Source: Ginglymostoma cirratum (Eukaryota). From it: a stretch of DNA of 64,000 nucleotides. Both the position numbers and the translations under genes were made by a program. Shown here piece after piece: positions 51,401-60,400 of this stretch. The notes under the pieces were generated by a model, which searched no databases, was not told the DNA's origin, and saw nothing but the letters and a program-made list of their open reading frames with translations. Positions within the stretch are counted from its first letter, which is position 1, and each line of letters opens with the position of its first letter. The stretch spans positions 1,645,851 through 1,709,850 of the forward strand of contig JAHRHZ010000095.1 of NCBI GenBank assembly GCA_024137785.1, in the 5' to 3' direction.

Positions 51401-54400
51401 AGCTAAGAATAGCCAGGAGGGGACATGAGAAGTCTTTGGCAGGTTGGAAAACCCTAAAGCTTTCTATAGGTATGTCAGGAACAAAAGAATGACTAGAGTA
51501 AGATTAGGGCCAGTCAAGGACAGTAGTGGGAAGTTGTGCGTGGAGTCTGAAGAGATAGGAGAGGCGCTAAATGAATATTTTTCGTCAGTATTCACACATG
51601 AAAAAGACAGTGTTGTCGAGGAGAATGCTGCGATACAGGCTGTTAGACAAGACAGGATTGAGGTTCACAAGGAGGCGGTGTTAGCAATTCTGGAAAGTGT
51701 GAAAATAGATAAGTCCCTTGGGCCGGATGGGATTTATCCTAGGATTCTCTGGGAAGCTAGGGAGGAGATTGCAGAGCCTTTGGCTTTGATCTTTATGTCG
51801 TCATTGTCTACAAGAATAGTTCCAGAAGACTGGAGGATAGCAAATGTTGTCCCCTTGTTCAAGAAGGGGAGTAGAGACAATCCTGGTAATTATAGACCAG
51901 TGAGCCTTACTTCGGTTGTGGGTAAAGTGTTGGAAAGGATTATAAGAGATAGGATTTATAATCATCTAGAAAGGAATAATTTGATTAGGGATAGTCAACA
52001 CGGTTTAGTGAAGTGTAGGTCGTGCCTCACAAACCTTATTGAGTTCTTTGAGAAGGTGACGAAACAGGTGGATGAGGGTAAAGCGGTTGATGTGGTGTAT
52101 ATGGATTTCAGTAAAGCATTTGATAAGGTTCCCCACGGTAGGCTATTGCAGAAAATATGGAGGCATGGGATTGAGGGTGATTTAGCGGTTTGGATCAGAA
52201 ATTGGCTAGCTGGAAGAAGACAGAGGGTGGTGGTTGATGGGAAATGTTTATCCTGGAGTTCAGTTACTAGTGGTGTATCGCAAGGGTCTGTTCTGGGGCC
52301 ACTGCTGTTTGTCATTTTTATAAATGACCTGGATGAGGGCGTAGAAGGATGGGTTGGTAAATTTGCGGATGACACAAAAGTCGGTGGAGTTGTGGATAGT
52401 GCGGAAAGCTGTTGCAGGTTACAGAGGGACATAGATAAGCTGCAGAGCTGGGCTGAGAGGTGGCAAATGGAGTTTCATGTGGAAAAGTGTGAGGTGATTC
52501 ACTTTGGAAGGAGTAACAGGAATACAGAGTACAGGGCTAATGGTAAGATTCTTGGTAGTGTGGATGAGCAGAGAGATCTCGGTGTCCATGTGCATAGATC
52601 CCTGAACGTTGCCACCCAGGTTGACAGGGTTGTTAGGAAGGCATACAGTGTGTTAGGTTTTATTGGTAGAGGGATTGAGTTTCGGAGCCGTGAGGTCATG
52701 TTGCAGCTGTACAAAACTCTGGTGCAGCCGCACCTGGAGTATTGTGTGAAATTCTGGTCGCCGCATTATAGGAAGGTTCTGGAAGCATTGGAAAGGGTGC
52801 AGAGGAGATTTACCAGAACGTTGCCTGGTATGGAGGGAAGGTCTTATGAGGAAAGGCTGAGGGACTTGAGGCTGTTTTCGTTAGAGAGAGGAAGGTTAAG
52901 AGGTGACTTAATAGAGACACACAAGATGATCAGAGAATTCGATAGGGTGGACAGTGAGAGCCTTTTTCCTCGGATGGTGACGGCTAGCAAGAGGGGACAT
53001 AGCTTTAAATTGAGGCGTGATAGATATAGGATAGGTAGGTTCTTTACTCAGAGAGTAGTAAGGGCATGGAATGCCCTGCCTGCAACAGTAGTAGAGTCGC
53101 CAACTTTAAGGGCATTTAAATGGTCACTGGATAAACATATGAATGATAAGGGAATAGTGTAGGTTAGATGGGCTTCAGATTGGTTTCACAGGTCGGCGCA
53201 ACATCGAGGGCCGAAGGGCCTGTACTGCGCTGTAATGTTCTGTGTTCTCTGTGTTAAATTAGTTAGCCAGTCCTCCATTTATGAAAATATACTACCTCTA
53301 ACACCATGGAATCTTAGTTCATTAAATACCCCTATGTGCAGTACTGTTCAAATGTCTTTTGGAAGTTCAAATATATTACATATATTGGTTCCCCTTTATT
53401 TACTTTGCTTGTTACCTCCTGGAAGGAATTGTCATAAAATTGTCAAGCGTGATTTTTCCTTTATTAATTCCCTTGCCTGATTATTATTGTGTGTTCCTGA
53501 CTGCTCTGCTATTATATTCTTTATAATAGATTAATATTTTCCCAATAACGAATGTTAAGCAAAGTGGCCTACAGCTACCTGTTTCTTTTTTCCTTTCCTT
53601 TTCAGATAAAAATGTTACATTGGCAGTTTTTCAATCCTCTGGGTCTTTTCCACAACATAGGCAATCCTGGAAGATTATTGCCAGTGCTTCCACTATCTGT
53701 GTAGCTACTTTCTTTAAAATCCTAGGATGCCCACCAAGTCCAGCGGACTTATAAGCCTTTAGCACCATTATTTTCCCAGTACATTTTCTCTGGTGATGGT
53801 TATTATGTTTCTTTCATTACCCCTGCAGCTTCATTACTTAGTATTATTGTATTGTTATTACTAGTTTTCACCATGAAGACTAACACAGTGTTTGTTCATA
53901 TCCTTTACCATTTCCTGGATGCACAACCTCATTCTCTAAAGCATCCATATTCACTGTTGCTTCTCTTTTCATTTTTAAAGAAGCTCTTAATATCTGTTTA
54001 TTTCTATGATACTTGCTGGTTTGTACCCGTGGTTTATTCCCCCTTCTTTATTACATTCAATAGTCACCTATTTTTGGCTATCAGACTTTCCCAATCCTCT
54101 GAAATTACCATTGATCTGTGCAGCATTGTATACTCTTTCTTTCCTTATGATATTGTCTTTAACTTCTCTGGTTATCTGTGATTAGCTCATCCTGTTCCTA
54201 AAATCATTCTTCCTTACTGGTAAATATCTCTTTCTTTGAGTCATGAAGTTTAAAAAAAATGTCATTATTCATCAACCATCTTTCCTGCTGAACCCCTCTC
54301 CAGTCCACTCCAGCCAACTCTGCATTCGTGCCCATTGTCATTGTCTTTATTTAAATTTAGCACAGTTGTTCCTGTTCCACATTTCTCACTCTCACACTGA

Positions 54401-57400
54401 ATCTAAATTCTACAGTGTTATTATTAGACCATTTATTAAACCTGCTTCATTACACATTACCAGATTCAAAATAGCCTGATTGCTGATTGCATCCAAAGTC
54501 ATTGTACTAGAAAATTATCCCGAACATGCTGTATCAATTCTTCCTCATGGCTACCTGTGCCCACTGATTTACCAGAAATATATGAAGATTGAAGTCACCC
54601 ATGATTCATGTTTTACCTTTTTTTACATGCCCTCATTATTTTCTGATCTATTCTGTATCAGTCCAGTTGTTGTTAAGGGGCCTGTACACTACTCTCACCA
54701 ATGTCTTCAGCCCCTTGTTATTTGTTACTTCCAACCACAAAGATTCTACATCGTCCAATCCAAGATCATTTCTAACATCAAGGAGATGTATTGCAAATTA
54801 AGCACAAACTTTATTAAATTTCAAGCCTATATGTCAGTCCCCACCACATAAATGGGGCATGTTCTTGTGAATGATACCTGTCCACCCCACAGTGCTTGAT
54901 GTGACAGCTGGCAGACATTACGGCAAGTGAGCACGCGTTGTAATGCCTGTGTTGCCACTTTTAGTGCTTAAGAACTTCTTTGGGTCAGCTACAATGTCAG
55001 GGAAGATGTAAAAGACTTTGATTTGGAAACTACTAGTAAGTGCTTGTAATATTTTTAAAATGCAGTTCTTATTTTGAATAGATTCAGAGATGGTAGGAAC
55101 TGCCGATGCTGGAGAATCTGAGATAACAAGGTGTAGAGCTGGATGAACANNNNNNNNNNNNNNNNNNNNNNNNNNNNNNNNNNNNNNNNNNNNNNNNNNN
55201 NNNNNNNNNNNNNNNNNNNNNNNNNNNNNNNNNNNNNNNNNNNNNNNNNNNNNNNNNNNNNNNNNNNNNNNNNNNNNNNNNNNNNNNNNNNNNNNNNNNN
55301 NNNNNNNNNNNNNNNNNNNNNNNNNNNNNNNNNNNNNNNNNNNNNNNNNNNNNNNNNNNNNNNNNNNNNNNNNNNNNNNNNNNNNNNNNNNNNNNNNNNN
55401 NNNNNNNNNNNNNNNNNNNNNNNNNNNNNNNNNNNNNNNNNNNNNNNNNNNNNNNNNNNNNNNNNNNNNNNNNNNNNNNNNNNNNNNNNNNNNNNNNNNN
55501 NNNNNNNNNNNNNNNNNNNNNNNNNNNNNNNNNNNNNNNNNNNNNNNNNTGCTGCTTGGCCTGCTGTGTTCATCCAGCTCTACACCTTGTTATCTCTTAC
55601 TTTTAATACTTCTTTTTGATATTAAAACTGAACTAAGCTTCTCATCTTCCTACCTTCAAAATCCTTCCCCTCAAGCATATCTGAAGTCAGAGATCACTTT
55701 CTTAAATCTTACATCTAGAGATTGGGTATCATTCAAGTCCATTTGGACTGCACCTCTCCTACATTGGATGAGCAATCTAATCCATTCTACCCAAGATCAA
55801 CTACCATTCTCACCACCACCCTCAAACCAAGAAACCACTTTGAGCTGTGACCTAGTCCCAATCCTTACCACCCAACTGGAAGCAAAGCCTGTCAGTCAGA
55901 TGGACATCCGGATAATGGGTCTGATCAGGACAAGATGCATGTTGTGGACACTGTTATGTAAGGGCTTCAGAACTCTGGCATAACCTTGTGGTGATGTCAT
56001 TGAGCTGCGCATCGCTCAGCTTAAATAACAAGTTTGGGTAGAGTTTGGCTGTAGCAGCATACACTACATTTAGAATGAGAGAGACTTGAGTACATATGAA
56101 CATAAACACAGAAAGAATCAAAACAGCCCCATTTGCATTTTTTGTAGCCTGATACTCTCAATTAATTAAAATTTAGAATTTTGTGATGAGTTTTGAGAGT
56201 TACCAATAGTTCTCAAAATATGGAAATGGAGGATTGCTTATAACTTACTACAGTTTTGATATACCATAACTACAAGTTCAAGAAGATCTAAAAGACTAAA
56301 GTCCAAAAAACTAAAGACAAAAGATTAAGATTCATGGTTAACTTAAAACTGGTAATTACAACATTCTGCATTACTCGCCTTTGTCTTGTTGCATTCATCT
56401 ATTGGAATTTGATGAGTCCAAAGGTACAACAAATGGAACATGTCCATGATTGTCCCTCATTAGATCAAACTTTCATTTTCAGCTCCACTGACTATGTCCT
56501 AGCAAACCAGTTTCAAAGTCTTCATCTTCATTTTCAAAAGCCTCTTGCAATAATGATTCATATGAAGTTCCCCCGGCGTAAATGTTGAAATCCCAGAATG
56601 TAATTTTGAAAATCAAATCTGATTTTAAAAATTTGGACTTGTTCCAAAAACACAACAGGTTCACTGCTGTCTTTCAGAGAAATAAACCCGATTTTATTCC
56701 TGATCTGCTAAAATATGATTCCAGTCCCACTCCAGTTTCATTCATAAATTACCTAGCAAGCCATTCAATTCTGCTGGTACCTTCTCTCGGCCACAAGGTA
56801 GAAGCAATAAGTTTTGGCTTTCAGTTTCATCCATCATCAACAACCAATAATGAATAATCATACTCTGCACTTTAAGAATTCTTTCCAAGCCACTCAGACT
56901 TGTTATCCAAATTGGGTTCTGGGTACCAACTACTGGCAGCTGTTATTTGCTGTTCACTGTAATCACTGTTTCCTTCTATGTTGATTCTGTGCCACTGTCT
57001 AATTACCAGTGATAGGTGATAGATCACCAGAGAGCCTTAACCAATAAAGGTGTTTATTTTGGCAAACAAAGTATAGGTTATTGCATGAGAACAATGGATA
57101 CAATTAACATTAACCAGTCAGACATAGTTATAACCATCAGGAACCAGTTATGTACACGTAAAAACAAAACGCTGCGGATGCTGGAAATCTGAAATAAAAA
57201 CAAAGTGCTGGAGAAACTCAGCAGGGGTTCTGGTGGCATCTGTAGAGAGAGAAATAGTGTTAATGTTTCAAGCCTGATGTGACTTTTCCAGAACTGTAGG
57301 TTTAATTGTCACATAACATAGTTTGATATATCTGACAACGTTTAATCTAAAAGTTCTGACCATAGCAGGTAAGACTGATCTGTTCTAGAATTCCTGCAAC

Positions 57401-60400
57401 AATCAAGCAATTTTTGCAGCAGTGGTTATTCTGCTAATCAAACAAAGTTTGAAGCTTTTGTTTTCAAAGCCTGTTTATTTTCTTTACTATTGGGATGTGA
57501 TGAGACTGACAAACTAGTATTATTAATCAAGCACAATTAGGGATGTAAAATGATTGCCTTGCCTGCGATGTTTACGCCACATGGGCAGAATAAATTTCAG
57601 TAGTATTCAGTATCAAATGTGTAGAGCTTGACTGGATCTTCTGACAAAGACAATTAGTATCAATTACCTTTCTCCTAACTATCACATTAATAAGTACCAT
57701 GAAAAGACATTTAGAGATTATTTTCTTTAAATTCAAACTTGGTTCAACTTTCCAAATTAATTTTTAACAAAAAGTCTGTTTTACCTTTGTTGATTCACAT
57801 AATACACCCATTAAAGACAGAAGAAAAGGGATTTGTTGAGCAATGCTGCCTACAAGCTAATGAATTAAAAAGCAATTAAAGAAAATTCATGTTGTCTAAA
57901 TTTTTATCATGGTATATTTCATGTTCTCATCATAACACAAATGGCCCTCCTGAAGGACAGCTAATTTTTTTTTGGGCAGGCATTTCTCTTTGTAACACTG
58001 TTTGACATTTGGTGACTTGATTCAATGATTTTATTTTTTAAAAATTATCTGGGAAATAATTCCACAGAGGCCAGTATTTCATCACCAAGTCAGCCTTTAT
58101 TTAAACATGGAGAATCTTTGACAATGACCCAGCTTCCTCAGAGCCAGCTCTCAGAGTGAACAGAACTTCTGACAGTCCTTATCAGTCAGCCAAGGCTCCC
58201 AGACTGGACCAGATTAACAGCCCTTAACAATCAGAGAACTCATATTCTATGAGGTCCACCTAGCTGACCTCATTACAGTCACTTCAATTTACTTTTGAAC
58301 TCCACTCCCTTTCCATACTGTATGCATCTATGACTCTATATGGGACTAGTTCAGTTTTGGAAACTTGTTCGGCATGGACAAGTTGGGCCAAAGAGCCTGT
58401 TTCCATTCTGCAAGCTTCTATGACTCTACAACTAGTTTGGTCAATTCTCAACCTTTTCTCTGCGATACAATTTATTGAATGAACAACTGTCCCGCAGAGA
58501 ACAGTTAACCATATAATATTCTATGTGCACATTTTTTGTATCAGATTTCCTTCAGAATATTAGACATGTACACCTGCATATTTATTGTTTCTATTTATAT
58601 CAGTGTTACAACATCTAGGGTACTTTTAACTACTTTTTTAAAAATTTTATTTGTTTCCCAGGCAACATGCATTATCATTTCCTGTCAAAAATATGACAAA
58701 CTCTGATGCACTAAAATGCTTCCCTGGATGACTGGCAGATTAAACATTGCTGAAAATAAGTAATTTCTCATGTGTGGATCACCTAAGATAGGAAATGTGA
58801 TGCACTTATCTGAATTTAACTTCTTTAATATTTTACTTGTTTTCAGAACATCCTCAAATGTACCCTATTTTAAGATGATGCACAGCTCTGTTAGGTTATA
58901 ACTGAGATTGGGTCTAGTCTGAGGGCAGACTGACCCATTCCATTTCTGATTTGCTTTGTTTCAACCTGTCTTGTAAATTAGTCAGTCGCCACAAAAACTT
59001 CTCAACCATAAGGGTTTCTAATTCTCATTCTCTCCTTCCATGCCTTGCCAAGTAATTCCAATTGAAATTTTCTGTCTGAAAGAAATCTTAATTTCCAATC
59101 TCTGCCTTCAGGCAACCTTTCTATGTTATCACAATTAATGGAATCCTAGCTGGGATGGAAAATAGCAACAAGATTTACCTTTTCTTTGTGGAAATTGATT
59201 ATTCATTCCTACAGTTTTCATCCAACATTCCATTGTCTTAACTGATTCGAATTTTAAGTTCTTACGGGCAATTAATGTCAACCACCTGTTTCTTTTAACC
59301 TTAACAATGCCATGAACAAAACTTAACAACATGATTGACAAGACACAAACAAGCAAGAGCATAAGGAGTGTTTACTGGGGGCCTTTTTGTGGTGCAGTAG
59401 TAGTGTCCTGTCCCCTGGGCCAAGAGACCCAGGTTCAAATTCCACCTTCTCTAGAGGTGTCTAGTTACATCTCTGAACAGGTTGTTCTCGGGGGGAGAAA
59501 ATAAAGGACTGCTGGCTTTGTATATGGCACCTGCAACTCCAGAGGTTCTACATTGCTAATATCACACCTTGATCCTTCCAGTTCTTATATTTGAAAATAT
59601 GAGGTAATTTCTTTGTTCATTTGGAAGTAAATCAATAAGGTCCATCATCTTGATCAAATCTAGAAATCAGCCAATATTTAAAGAATGAGTATCATACACT
59701 ATTTGGACACATAAATTCTTGAACATTTAGGAGTATTTACAAAATATTAATGTATCACACACTGATGATTAAATTTCACTTTATTGCATCACACATTGCA
59801 GAATTTTGTGCGTAAACATGAAGATAAACTCACTGCCCTTGAAGTTTAACTATTGCGTGACCAGCTTTTCTTAGAAACCTGGATAGCTTGTTGCCCTCAA
59901 ATTGAAAATTATGGAGACAATAAATGGATCAATTTCTTCCATTTTGCTTCAAACTTCAAAAGGTCCAATTGGGATGAACTTCATGCTGCAACCATAAAGC
60001 AGAATTCTTTTAATTTAAAAGGGAGATAGAGCAAACCCAGGAACTATAGACAACTTAATTTAACATGGATTATAGGAAACAGAATTAAATCTTTACTCAG
60101 AAGATATAATAAGAAAAACATTTAGAAACAGAAAGAGATAATAATGAATGTTCAGTACAGCTTTCAAATAGTAGATCATGTTTGAACAACATTGAGGATT
60201 ATTTGAATAAGTAACAGAAAGACCAGACAAGAATAATACAGTAGATATAATGTACATATATTTTCAAGGTTTTTGCTAAGGTAATGCATTGTAGACACGT
60301 GAGTAAGATTGAATGACGCAGAATTGGAAAAATAATAGATAATACTGGAGACAAAGTTGAAAGTAGACTGTAGGGGTTAATGTTGTTGCTGAAACTGAAA

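Noticed and set aside
51444-53162. 572-aa RT as a retron, DGR or domesticated gene
   Set aside because: Ordinary CR1 ORF2, disconnected from its endonuclease by a frameshift, with a typical 3' tail and many decayed relatives nearby.
55055-55619. Long poly-X ORFs
   Set aside because: Artefacts of the N gap.
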